From an uncultured Planctomycetia bacterium (lineage in GTDB: Bacteria; Planctomycetota; UBA8108; UBA1146), in assembly GCA_964412635.1 (NCBI GenBank), contig CAYPPQ010000003.1:24491-88490 (forward strand): 64,000 bases of DNA, written 5' to 3'. Shown here piece after piece: positions 9,332 through 18,534 of the stretch. A program made the position numbers and the translations under genes. Numbering within the stretch: position 1 is the first letter of the stretch; every line of letters begins with the position of its first letter. The notes under the pieces were generated by a model. It saw nothing but the letters and a program-made list of their open reading frames with translations, made no database searches and was not told where the DNA came from.

Positions 9332-11452
9332 GTGCAAGAGCCATCCCAGGAGCATCTCTCTCCCAAGATCAGATCATTACTCGGAAAACCGGTTCCCCTT
9401 CGAGAACCTGCTCTGTACGTCAACCGCGAACTCTCCCTTCTGGAGTTTCATCGGCGGGTCCTCGATCTCTCCCGTGACGAGAAGTTGCCGCTTCTCGAGC
9501 GGTTGAAGTTTCTAACCATCAGTACATCGAATCTGGATGAGTTCTTCGAGATCCGAGTGGCCGGGATCAAGGAGCACCTGGCTTACGATGTGGAACTGAA
9601 AAGTCCTGACGGGATCTCTGCCCAGGCACTCTTTTCCCAGATGGTCGAAAGTGCCCAGCAACTGGTGGAGGATCAGTACGAGGTATTGAACCAGGAGTTA
9701 CTACCCGCACTGGAAAAGGAAGGTGTATTCCTCCTCAGGAGGCAAACATGGACGATCCAGCAGCGAGATTGGGTCCGGGACTACTTCAAGCGTGAAGTTC
9801 TTCCTGTACTGACTCCCATCGGCCTGGATCCTGCTCATCCTTTCCCGCGGATCAGCAACAAGAGCTTGAACTTCATCATCGAGTTGACGGGAAACGATGC
9901 ATTCCAGAGGGCATCCCGGGTGGCGGTGGTTCAAGCTCCTCGAGTACTCCCGAGGATAATTGCCCTGCCCGATTCAAGAGATGATGTACAGGAGTTCACG
10001 CTGCTCTCGTCGGTGATTCACGAGAATGTCGATCTGCTCTTCCCGGGTATGGAGGTGGAGGGCTGTTTTCAGTTCAGGGTGACTCGTAACAGTGATCTCT
10101 GGGTTGAAGAGGAGGAGGTCGATGATCTTCTCAAGTCGATCAAGGGCCAGCTCAATCAGCGAAGGTTCGGAGCTTCTGTTCGTCTCGAAGTGGCGGACAA
10201 CTGCTCCGATGAGATGGTGGATTTCCTGCTCAACCAGTTTGGCATGACCGACAAGGATCTGTACCGCTGCAAGGGACCGGTGAATCTGCATCGACTTGGG
10301 GCATTGTATGACCGAGTCGATCGGGGAGATCTGAAGTACGATTCATTCATCCCTTCACTGCCAGACAGGTTTCAGAAGGGGACTTCGGTATTCGAGTTAC
10401 TGAGAGAAGAAGATGAGCTACTTCATCATCCATTTCAGTCGTTCGCCCCGGTACTGGATCTTGTGAAGGAAGCCTCGCTGGATCCGGACGTTCTCGCCAT
10501 CAAGGTTGCACTCTACCGTACCTCCAGGGATTCAGATCTTGTCGAATCGCTCGTCAACGCGGCTCGATCAGGAAAAGAAGTCACGGTGGTGGTTGAACTG
10601 CGCGCGAGATTTGACGAGAAAGCGAATATCGATCTGGCGACTCGCCTGCAAGAGGTCGGCGCAAATGTCGTCTATGGGATCTTCGGTTACAAGGCCCATG
10701 CCAAGATGCTGATGATCGTTCGCAGGGAAGGGGATCGTCTGAGGCGATACTGTCACCTCGGGACAGGGAACTATCACGAGGGAACTGTTCGCGCCTACAC
10801 CGACTTCGGCTTGCTTACCGATGACGACGAGATCGGCGAAGACGTCAATCAACTGTTCCAGCAGATCACCGGGCTCGGCAAGTTTGGCGACCTCAAGACG
10901 CTGGTGCAGGCACCCTTCAAGCTTCATGACCAGATCCTCGAAATGATCGAGCAGGAACGTCTGAACGCCAGGGAGGGCAAGGAAGCTCGTATCATGGCAA
11001 GAATGAACTCACTGATCGAGCCGCAGGTGATTCGCGCTCTGTACCGCGCTTCCCAGGCGGGAGTGAAAATCGATCTCGTGGTGAGGGGGATGTGTGCCAT
11101 CCGACCGGGGATACCCGGGGTCTCCGAGAATATCCGTGTCACCTCGGTTCTTGGGCGCTTTCTCGAGCATCCGAGGATCTTTGTTTTTCATGGGGATGGT
11201 CAGCTCAAGACTTATCTGTCGAGTGCGGATTGGATGCCCAGGAACTTCTTCAGGAGGGTAGAGCTGGCATTTCCCATCACCTCGAAGCAACACAAGCACC
11301 GGATTCTGGATGAAGGAATTCACAACTATCTGTGCGACAACCTGGGCAGCTGGCAGATGCTGCCGGACGGTTCTTACGAGAAGATCGACGTCGCCGACAC
11401 CTTACCTCACTCCGCTCAGGGGACAGTGCTGGAGCAATACCGTATCGACTAG
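9332..11452 (+). CDS. ppk: Polyphosphate kinase 1
   Basis: 706 aa with hallmark PPK1 N-terminus NRELSLLEFHRRVLDLSRDEKLPLLERLKFLTISTSNLDEFFEIRVAG and two PLD-like C-terminal domains. GTG start after AGGAATTAGAA. Confidence 0.95.
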   Translation: MQEPSQEHLSPKIRSLLGKPVPLREPALYVNRELSLLEFHRRVLDLSRDEKLPLLERLKFLTISTSNLDEFFEIRVAGIKEHLAYDVELKSPDGISAQALFSQMVESAQQLVEDQYEVLNQELLPALEKEGVFLLRRQTWTIQQRDWVRDYFKREVLPVLTPIGLDPAHPFPRISNKSLNFIIELTGNDAFQRASRVAVVQAPRVLPRIIALPDSRDDVQEFTLLSSVIHENVDLLFPGMEVEGCFQFRVTRNSDLWVEEEEVDDLLKSIKGQLNQRRFGASVRLEVADNCSDEMVDFLLNQFGMTDKDLYRCKGPVNLHRLGALYDRVDRGDLKYDSFIPSLPDRFQKGTSVFELLREEDELLHHPFQSFAPVLDLVKEASLDPDVLAIKVALYRTSRDSDLVESLVNAARSGKEVTVVVELRARFDEKANIDLATRLQEVGANVVYGIFGYKAHAKMLMIVRREGDRLRRYCHLGTGNYHEGTVRAYTDFGLLTDDDEIGEDVNQLFQQITGLGKFGDLKTLVQAPFKLHDQILEMIEQERLNAREGKEARIMARMNSLIEPQVIRALYRASQAGVKIDLVVRGMCAIRPGIPGVSENIRVTSVLGRFLEHPRIFVFHGDGQLKTYLSSADWMPRNFFRRVELAFPITSKQHKHRILDEGIHNYLCDNLGSWQMLPDGSYEKIDVADTLPHSAQGTVLEQYRID

Positions 11453-12939
11453 GATTTGCGATCAGCGAAATGTAAGTCGATTTCAATTTGCTGGAGAATG
11501 TCGGACTCTCGATGGAGCATCGCTCGGGTGAGAGGTTTGTCGTCGAGCCAATCGTCACGGAAATAGAGTGCTATCTTCTCCTTCTCACCTTCCACCTCGA
11601 ATCGGATCAATTCCTGCGAGCGAGATCGATGGAGTAGAACGGCCAGACGGAAAATCACCAGCAGTCGAGTCATCTCCTGTGGCTTCGTCCAGGAGATTGC
11701 AGCGAGCCGTTGCTCCGTCAGTTTTCTTCGCTGGTTGCGAACCAAGGAAGCGATCACCTGTTGATCGTTTCTGGAAAGACCGGGGAACTCACCGTTTCGA
11801 ATCAGATATTCACCGTGACGCGGGTGTGCGTCATGGCTGACACTCAAGCCGATCTCGTGAAGAAGGGAAGCCCAGCGAAGCCAGTCGTGGTGATCTGATC
11901 GGGTCAGTTCCCAGGAGTGCTTGATGGCGGACAGGATGGAGAGAGCGGTCTTCTCGACGCTTCGGGCCTGTGGCAAATCTACTGCATGGAAGCCGAGACG
12001 ACTGATGATGGAATCGTGGCGGATGTCGTCTCCCTCTTGCTTACCCACCACCTCGGCGAGGAGCCCCTCGCGCAGACCTCCGGGTATCCCGTTGATCTCC
12101 TTCAGGTCGAGGCTCTCCATCAAGGCGACGAGAAGCACATGACCTCCCAGGAGAACTACCTTTCGATCGGTCGATAACTGCGGAAGGTCGATCTCATCGA
12201 CATTCGAATACTGCAGTATTTTGTCCCGGAGTTTTTTCAAACCAACCCGGGTGATGATCCCGTTCCCATCGAGCTTCTCGAGGATCCTGGCGTGGGCGAG
12301 TATTGAACCGGAGGTGCCAACGACCTGATTCCATCCCCGTCTCCGGAAGTTCTCCACATGAGGTTCTATTTCCAATTTTGCTGACAGTAATGCCTGTGAG
12401 TACCTGTGCCTGGTGATCTTTCCGTCCTGGAAATGATCCTTCATCATCTGTACGCAGCCTCGGTCGAGACTTTCAAGGATCTTCGCCTCTCTCCCCTGTC
12501 CCAGTGCAAGTTCAGTGCTGCCTCCTCCGATGTCGATCAGCAAGGTCGTCGCATCGGGCTGCGGAAAGGAAGAACTTGATCCTCTCCAGATGAGACGTGC
12601 TTCTTCGACCCCGGAGATGACATCGATGGGGTGGCCGAGATGCTGTTCACAGCGAATGCGAATCTGTTGCTCTTCCGGCGCACATCGGAAGGAATGGGTG
12701 CCGACAGCACGGATATTGGTTGGAGGGACAGATTCGAGTCGTTCACGGAAGCGATCGAGGCAACAAAATGCACGATCCAGCACTTCACTGGAAAACCGAG
12801 GATTGGTGCCGAGACCTTCCCCTAGCCGGACCCGTTCACGCAACCGATCGATGATCCTGACCTCATCGGCAGATTTTCTGGCGATGATGAGGTGAAAGGA
12901 GTTGGACCCCAGATCGATGGCAGCGTGGGTCTCTTGCAA
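11449..12939 (-). CDS. ppx: Exopolyphosphatase / guanosine pentaphosphate phosphohydrolase (Ppx/GppA) with C-terminal HD domain
   Basis: AAIDLGSNSFHLIIAR actin-like ATPase fold start and a C-terminal HD region (HDIGLSVSHDAH). TTG start at 12939. Its stop overlaps the ppk stop on the opposite strand in the palindrome CTAG. Confidence 0.9.
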   Translation of the reverse strand: MQETHAAIDLGSNSFHLIIARKSADEVRIIDRLRERVRLGEGLGTNPRFSSEVLDRAFCCLDRFRERLESVPPTNIRAVGTHSFRCAPEEQQIRIRCEQHLGHPIDVISGVEEARLIWRGSSSSFPQPDATTLLIDIGGGSTELALGQGREAKILESLDRGCVQMMKDHFQDGKITRHRYSQALLSAKLEIEPHVENFRRRGWNQVVGTSGSILAHARILEKLDGNGIITRVGLKKLRDKILQYSNVDEIDLPQLSTDRKVVLLGGHVLLVALMESLDLKEINGIPGGLREGLLAEVVGKQEGDDIRHDSIISRLGFHAVDLPQARSVEKTALSILSAIKHSWELTRSDHHDWLRWASLLHEIGLSVSHDAHPRHGEYLIRNGEFPGLSRNDQQVIASLVRNQRRKLTEQRLAAISWTKPQEMTRLLVIFRLAVLLHRSRSQELIRFEVEGEKEKIALYFRDDWLDDKPLTRAMLHRESDILQQIEIDLHFADRKS

Positions 12940-12984
12940 GGACAGGATGATGTCCTTTCTTCATCGACCGGGAAGAAGCGGGTC

Positions 12985-13020
12985 ATCTGCACCGATGCGT
13001 GATACCGCATCGGTGCAGAT
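12985..13020. other. Perfect 15-bp-stem inverted repeat with a 6-nt loop between tpx and ppx
   Basis: ATCTGCACCGATGCG tgatac CGCATCGGTGCAGAT. No U-tract follows on either strand, so this is either a terminator/attenuator or a protein-binding palindrome. Confidence 0.4.
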
Positions 13021-13026
13021 GAACTC

Positions 13027-13545
13027 TCAGCTGGTCGCAGCTTGCATGACGGCTTCGTAGTTTGGTTGGTCAGCCACCTCGTTCACGTACTCGATATGGG
13101 TAAGTACGCCCGCGGGGTTTATCACGAATACAGCCCTGGCCAAGCAACACTCGAGTGGGCCGTTGGCGATGTGGACCCCATAGGCAACTCCGAATGCCGT
13201 GGATCGGTGACAACTCAACGCCGTGACATTCTCGACACCCTCTGCGCCACACCAGCGTTTCTGGGCGAACGGAAGGTCTGCGCTGACGACCAGCACCTCG
13301 ATGGATGAAACGCCCGCAACTGCTTCATTGAATTGCTTCGTTTCTTGCTGGCAAACGGGGGTATCGAGGGAAGGAACGGTGGCGATGATGCGCGTCTTTC
13401 CGCCAAACGTATCCAGCGATACCTCTTCCATGGTGTTACTCAGTAATTTGAAATCGGGTGCGACATCGCCGACGGCCAGGCGTTCTCCTGTGATCTCGAA
13501 GGGGGTTCCTTTGAGGGTGATTCCTGCTGTTCTGCTCTCTGTCAT
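13027..13545 (-). CDS. tpx: Thiol peroxidase (atypical 2-Cys peroxiredoxin)
   Basis: VPSLDTPVCQQE peroxidatic Cys motif and resolving Cys in AEGVENVTALSCHRS. ATG 13545 is preceded by AGGAGAGAC; the ORF track extends to 13578. Confidence 0.85.
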   Translation of the reverse strand: MTESRTAGITLKGTPFEITGERLAVGDVAPDFKLLSNTMEEVSLDTFGGKTRIIATVPSLDTPVCQQETKQFNEAVAGVSSIEVLVVSADLPFAQKRWCGAEGVENVTALSCHRSTAFGVAYGVHIANGPLECCLARAVFVINPAGVLTHIEYVNEVADQPNYEAVMQAATS

Positions 13546-14169
13546 GTCTCTCCTGTTTGTCTTGAGGGGTTGAGTCATCTTCTTCTGCTACTTTCATGGT
13601 TTCTGCAAGTCGAATCAAGGTGATTGCTGAGCGTTTGGTTGGCCCCGTGGGGGGATCACTGCGTTTCATTTCATAATTGCAATATTGAAGGCAACAAGTG
13701 ATCACCTTCTGTCATGAAATAATCAATATCGGAAGAGTTCATCATGAGTCCTGTGAGGTGACAATCATGAACTACCAGCATCTGGTCGAATAGACTTGAG
13801 CGAAGATATGATCGGGTATCGAATCAGAGTTGTCAGTGCGGTACTACTAATTCGGTGTACGGGTCAGTTGAATTGCTTGGCCAACAGTATTGGGAAGTAG
13901 AAGTTCGTCAGGGAGATCCAATAAACACTACATAATAGATGTCATTATAGATCGACCAACCTCCAGGTGGTGCTGCTGGAAAACTCCGTCGTCTGAATTC
14001 GATCCGGAAGAACTCGAGTTATTGATGAATTCTCGAACTGGTACGGTGAGTAAGTTTGACCTTCATGTCGATGGGGATTGCCGCAGACGTTCAGTGCTCA
14101 GATGGTCTGAGTACTTGTTTTAGTCCGCTGATAAACCGGGCCACTGGCCTTGGTTTTCGCAGTGAGGAT

Positions 14170-14217
14170 TGAAACAACCAATTCGGGGCCCCTTGATCGT
14201 GATCGGGGGGCCCCACT
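14170..14217 (-). terminator. GC-rich hairpin (GGGGCCCC...GGGGGGCCCC) immediately after the stop of the DUF1080 gene
   Basis: The self-complementary GGGGCCCC arms flank a 12-nt loop, and a weak U-rich tract follows on the minus strand. Confidence 0.4.
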
Positions 14218-15723
14218 TTAATTGCTAACCAGGGGTCGAAGTCTCAGTTTCCTGAAGGCCACGGCATCTCCATGGCCGAGGAACCCGATGTGGCCGGTAG
14301 TTCTCTTGAGGCCGGGATGGTCTTGCCCATCGAGAGTGCCACCTGCGCTTGCGAGATCGAGATCTGCGTCGAGAATCACATGACCGTTGAGGGAGATCTT
14401 GACCCTTCGACCATCACAGCGCACCTCCTGTTGATTCCACTCTCCTACCGGATTCTGGAAACCACGTACCGCCGGAATCACCCCGTAGATGCTGCCATGA
14501 AATTGATAGGGCTGGAGATTGGCCCACTTCTCGGCGGAGTTGTCGATGATCTGAGCTTCCATGCCGACAAATGCAGCGTCACCTTCGGAAGGGGCTCTCA
14601 GGCCAAGTCCATTGTTTGAACCGGGCCATAGCTTGAACTCGAATCGCAGGATGAAATCGGAGTACTGCTGGTCGGTATAGATGTTTCCGCCGGTTCCCTG
14701 GATGCATTTGATTTCACCCTTCTCGAACTGGTACCCCTTGGTGTTGCCGATCCAGCCGCTGGAACTCGTTCCATCGAAGAGGGATTGCCACGATCCGTAC
14801 TTGTGACGCAATCTTTCGGCGATCTTCCTCTGATTTTCGGGAACACCTCTCGTCAAGAGCAAGGCATCGAGGAGATTTCGAGCGTAGATTTCATGGTGAT
14901 TGCCGTCGAGGCGTTCCGCCAGTTCCAGCACCCTCAGCACATCAGAACTTCTCTCTTCGTCAGGAGATTTGAGCAGTCGATCGATGGCGGGCTTCATCGC
15001 GTGTTCCGATCCAAGTGCGACCAAGGCGTCGAGTGATGCGAGCTGTACTTCTGCATCTTCATGAGAGAGTGATGTTTTCAGTACTCCGCTCACCTCCGCT
15101 GTTGGCTGTCGAGTTGCCAGGGCACTGGCGATGGTTGCTCGCCACCGCGTTGGAGCCTCAAGCATCAAGGTAACGAGGGAGGCCGTTACCGATTCACCGG
15201 GAATCGAGGCGAGAGACCGAACCGTTTCGTCAGACCAGTTCTCATCGTTACGAATGCCCTTGACCAGTTCCTCGATGGCGACTGGATTGCCCAGTTCACC
15301 AAGCATTCGTACCAGGAACCGTTCGACTCCCTCGTCATGCTCTTTGGCGAGGTGGATGGCGAGAATACGGCCGAGTTTCTGGCTACTGGTTTCTCGCCCC
15401 GGGGCAGCGGCGAGCATCACCAGGCCATACATCGCCTGACGAGCCTTCACATCGATGTTCAATCGTGCTTGCCACTCTTGTTGCGGTTCGATCGCCTTTG
15501 ATCTGTCGACGACCTGAGAGAGCACTGCATCGATCTGCTGACCCGAATCGGCGAGGAGTTCATCGAGGATTGCTTCTTTTCCCGAGGCGTCGGTTCCTTC
15601 CAGTCTACCGAGAAGAGTGCTGGCCGGATTCCCATCGATGGGAGGATCCTGCACCGCTGCAGCGGTCGGGACTGCCATCTCGAGGGAGAGTATCAGCACG
15701 GCGATGATTGGAAGATGTTGCAT
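14218..15723 (-). CDS. Secreted HEAT-repeat protein with C-terminal DUF1080 (3-keto-disaccharide hydrolase-like jelly-roll) domain
   Basis: Signal MQHLPIIAVLILSLEMAVPTAAA, N-terminal HEAT-like repeats, and a C-terminal ~200 aa region typical of DUF1080 (GWIGNTKGYQFEKGEI...GHIGFLGHGDAVAFRKLRLRPL). ATG 15723 has an AGGA upstream; the ORF track gives TTG 15747. Confidence 0.7.
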   Translation of the reverse strand: MQHLPIIAVLILSLEMAVPTAAAVQDPPIDGNPASTLLGRLEGTDASGKEAILDELLADSGQQIDAVLSQVVDRSKAIEPQQEWQARLNIDVKARQAMYGLVMLAAAPGRETSSQKLGRILAIHLAKEHDEGVERFLVRMLGELGNPVAIEELVKGIRNDENWSDETVRSLASIPGESVTASLVTLMLEAPTRWRATIASALATRQPTAEVSGVLKTSLSHEDAEVQLASLDALVALGSEHAMKPAIDRLLKSPDEERSSDVLRVLELAERLDGNHHEIYARNLLDALLLTRGVPENQRKIAERLRHKYGSWQSLFDGTSSSGWIGNTKGYQFEKGEIKCIQGTGGNIYTDQQYSDFILRFEFKLWPGSNNGLGLRAPSEGDAAFVGMEAQIIDNSAEKWANLQPYQFHGSIYGVIPAVRGFQNPVGEWNQQEVRCDGRRVKISLNGHVILDADLDLASAGGTLDGQDHPGLKRTTGHIGFLGHGDAVAFRKLRLRPLVSN

Positions 15724-15749
15724 GGTAGATCCTGTCTTGAGATTCAAAT

Positions 15750-18392
15750 TTATTGCGGAAGACTCTCCAGCGTGTGGGTTCCGGTGTCGGTCACCACTCC
15801 AGGAGCAGTATTTCTGACATCGATGGTGAGGTTTGATTGATTGGATCGATTGGCGTGCAACGTCCAGTCTCCGCCTTCGATATCGGTGATGGTGAAGTAA
15901 CCATCGGAGTCAGTTCGTATCGAATGGTGGTCATTCACAACCAGGGTAAATCCCCCATCTGGTGTCATGACCAGGTTGACACTGTTCGTCGTTGGTGGCT
16001 CCACGCCGGGTCTGGTCCATCGGATCCCGGCCCCTTCGATGGGATCGCCCACCGAGTCGATAAGGCGGCCGGTGATGATTGCAGAATGTTGCAGTGCGCT
16101 GGTGACAACCGATGTTTCTCCAAGGTTGACGCCAACCTCTTCATTCACGCTGACATAGCCCTGTGCCTGAACTCTGAGATAGTAGGTGATGCCCTTGAGG
16201 CCCTCGAGTTCAAACATTCCGTCGGGATCGTTGTAACTGACGCCACCGTCAGGATTGTTCTGGAGTGCGTCGAGGGACTTCGACTGCTGGATGGAAAAGG
16301 ATGGGATGGGGACTCCGGTGATGGCATCGATCACTTGCCCCTCGACCCTGCCCGCTGCAAGTGCAGTCACCACGACATCTCGATCTTCCGATTCAACGGC
16401 GAGCGTCTCGGTGCCGACCCAGCGCTGACCGGCAGCGACCTGGAGGAGGTAGTTGCCCTGTTCCGGTACCAGAGCCGAGAAGAAGCCATCATGCTCGCTG
16501 GTACAATGAGTGTCATCGTAGCCGGAAGTGGTCAATCCCAGGAAGGTCGAAGATTCTTCGTGCTTCTTGCTCAGAGCAAGCCTCACCCCGGCAATCGCAA
16601 CTCCCTGGATGTCGACGACGATCCCTTCAATCCTCTGCTGGGGAAGAAGTTGCAGGATGATGCCTTCGATCGAGGAGTGGATCGAGAGTTCCAGTGATTC
16701 GGAGTTTCGAAAGCCTGTGGATTCGGCGTGCATGGTGTAGTCGCCACCCTCTGGAAGGTTCAAGACGAACTCACCATCGATATCGGTGATCGTCGAAAAC
16801 TGATCGTGTTGAGCCTGGTCCGCCATCACCAACTTGTGATTCTGGAATGAGATGGAGATGTTGAACCCTTCCATCGTCTCTGCCGTTTCGGCCATCTGGT
16901 TCAGCCGTACCAGCGCCTTGCTGGCGGGAGATCCATCAGGTGACAGAACGACACCTCGCAGCTGGATCCCCGCCGACAGGATCTGATCGCCGAGGTCGTT
17001 TTCCCGTGGAGGGTAGGTGTTGGTATCGATCTTGTGAGTCAGGTACTCCTTGTGTTCAATCTGGATGGAAACAGATTTGCTGGTAGCGACCGGGGAAAGT
17101 AAGAAGGTTCCATCGGAGAGGGATCTCGTCCGGCGTACTTCTTCGATGCTATTTTTCAGGATGGTGTCTTGTCTGCGGTCATCGATGTCGAAGGTGTCGA
17201 AGAAATGATCTTGCTGGTTGAGGATCGAAATTACCGCTCCTTCGATCGGTCGCAGTTCCGTATCGACGACCCTGCCGACGATGCTTGCAGCAGGTTGCAG
17301 GATGATCTCGACCCGTTCATTGAGTCCTGGAGTGACCTCGATCTTGCGGGAGTAAGGTTCGTATCGATGGTCATCGATGGCGACGATCATCAGAGAACCG
17401 ACTTCGGAAGGAGAGAGGACTTGCTCACTGTGAGCGGGATCTGATCCGGTAGAGGTACACGCCGTAGGTGTTCCGATTACTCCATCCGATGGGATTGTGT
17501 AGAGGCAGATACTTCCCTCGTAAGAGAGTACAGGCTGTCGATTGGAATCGATGACAAGAACCGGCAGCTCCGTTTTCTCCCCGATGGTCAGGGTGATTTC
17601 TTCGGTTCCAGGCGGAAGTTGCAAGATGTTTGAATGGCGGATTCCTTCATGTTTATCTCCAGCACTCGCCGAGATGCTGCAAGTTCGTGGTGGGATGCCA
17701 CCGAGGATGAACCTCCCGGAAGAATCGGTGGTGGTGGAGGGCCACATCAGGTCGGCACCGTTGTCGATTCCACTCGACCCGAAGAAGACGGGTACCTGCT
17801 GGGAAGATGCTCGGGGGCCGGTGGTCACCAGAGCGTTGACGACCGGGTTCCGCTGCAGATCGATGACGATGCCGGAGACGGTCCTACCCCGTTGAAGGTG
17901 CACCGCCAGGGTCGGTTCCGATCCGGGCTCCGCTCGAACGACCTCGATGCGTTGTCCGACCCATTGCTGGTCGGGGTTTGACTTGTCGCTGGCGCCGGTC
18001 ACCAGCAAGCTTCCGACATATCCCTGCTCGACCTCGATGACGAAAGTCGCTGGATCTTCATCTCGATCATGATTGATGGGTCCTCGGTTGTGTTCCGGAT
18101 CGGGATCCAGGTTTGCGCTACCGGCAGTCACCGGGAGCCCGTCGGGACCGTAGATTCTCCCGGCGATGGACCATTCGACGATGCGAGTGTCCAGCGGATC
18201 GGTTGAGTTCTCATCGCTGAGGTCTGTGACCTCTTCGATGCTCTCGGGAAGATCCGCTACCGGGGCAAGAGTCGGCCCAGGCGATTTCGATGAGAGATCT
18301 GCGGGGGTTTGAAGTGAAGGAGTGCTCAGTTGAGAGGAGAGGAACCAGACCAGGAGCAAGACGATGGGGATGGCGGCAAAAAACGGTCTCAA
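15750..18392 (-). CDS. Large secreted protein with multiple carboxypeptidase-regulatory-like / Ig-like beta-sandwich repeats
   Basis: 880 aa. TTG start with GGGAG upstream. Signal RPFFAAIPIVLLLVWFLSS. Recurrent G-x-V-x-D...G-x-P-I-x-G-A modules. A 2-nt gap separates it from the DUF1080 gene, so the two are probably co-transcribed. Confidence 0.6.
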   Translation of the reverse strand: MRPFFAAIPIVLLLVWFLSSQLSTPSLQTPADLSSKSPGPTLAPVADLPESIEEVTDLSDENSTDPLDTRIVEWSIAGRIYGPDGLPVTAGSANLDPDPEHNRGPINHDRDEDPATFVIEVEQGYVGSLLVTGASDKSNPDQQWVGQRIEVVRAEPGSEPTLAVHLQRGRTVSGIVIDLQRNPVVNALVTTGPRASSQQVPVFFGSSGIDNGADLMWPSTTTDSSGRFILGGIPPRTCSISASAGDKHEGIRHSNILQLPPGTEEITLTIGEKTELPVLVIDSNRQPVLSYEGSICLYTIPSDGVIGTPTACTSTGSDPAHSEQVLSPSEVGSLMIVAIDDHRYEPYSRKIEVTPGLNERVEIILQPAASIVGRVVDTELRPIEGAVISILNQQDHFFDTFDIDDRRQDTILKNSIEEVRRTRSLSDGTFLLSPVATSKSVSIQIEHKEYLTHKIDTNTYPPRENDLGDQILSAGIQLRGVVLSPDGSPASKALVRLNQMAETAETMEGFNISISFQNHKLVMADQAQHDQFSTITDIDGEFVLNLPEGGDYTMHAESTGFRNSESLELSIHSSIEGIILQLLPQQRIEGIVVDIQGVAIAGVRLALSKKHEESSTFLGLTTSGYDDTHCTSEHDGFFSALVPEQGNYLLQVAAGQRWVGTETLAVESEDRDVVVTALAAGRVEGQVIDAITGVPIPSFSIQQSKSLDALQNNPDGGVSYNDPDGMFELEGLKGITYYLRVQAQGYVSVNEEVGVNLGETSVVTSALQHSAIITGRLIDSVGDPIEGAGIRWTRPGVEPPTTNSVNLVMTPDGGFTLVVNDHHSIRTDSDGYFTITDIEGGDWTLHANRSNQSNLTIDVRNTAPGVVTDTGTHTLESLPQ

Positions 18393-18534
18393 GTTTCAAA
18401 CTCCCATCCATGCCATCGAGAAGGAATCTCGGAACGAATTGCACCGCTATCAGAATAATCCACTCCGGATGCCAATACTCATCGAATTTGTCTCCAGATT
18501 GGAAGCGAAGTTGGAGTCCCGGTAGGTGTTGTTT

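Noticed and set aside
13890-14123. 77-aa ORF in the AT-rich gap
   Set aside because: It has no SD sequence and no similarity I recognise, and its codon usage is atypical for this GC-rich genome. I left the region unannotated.
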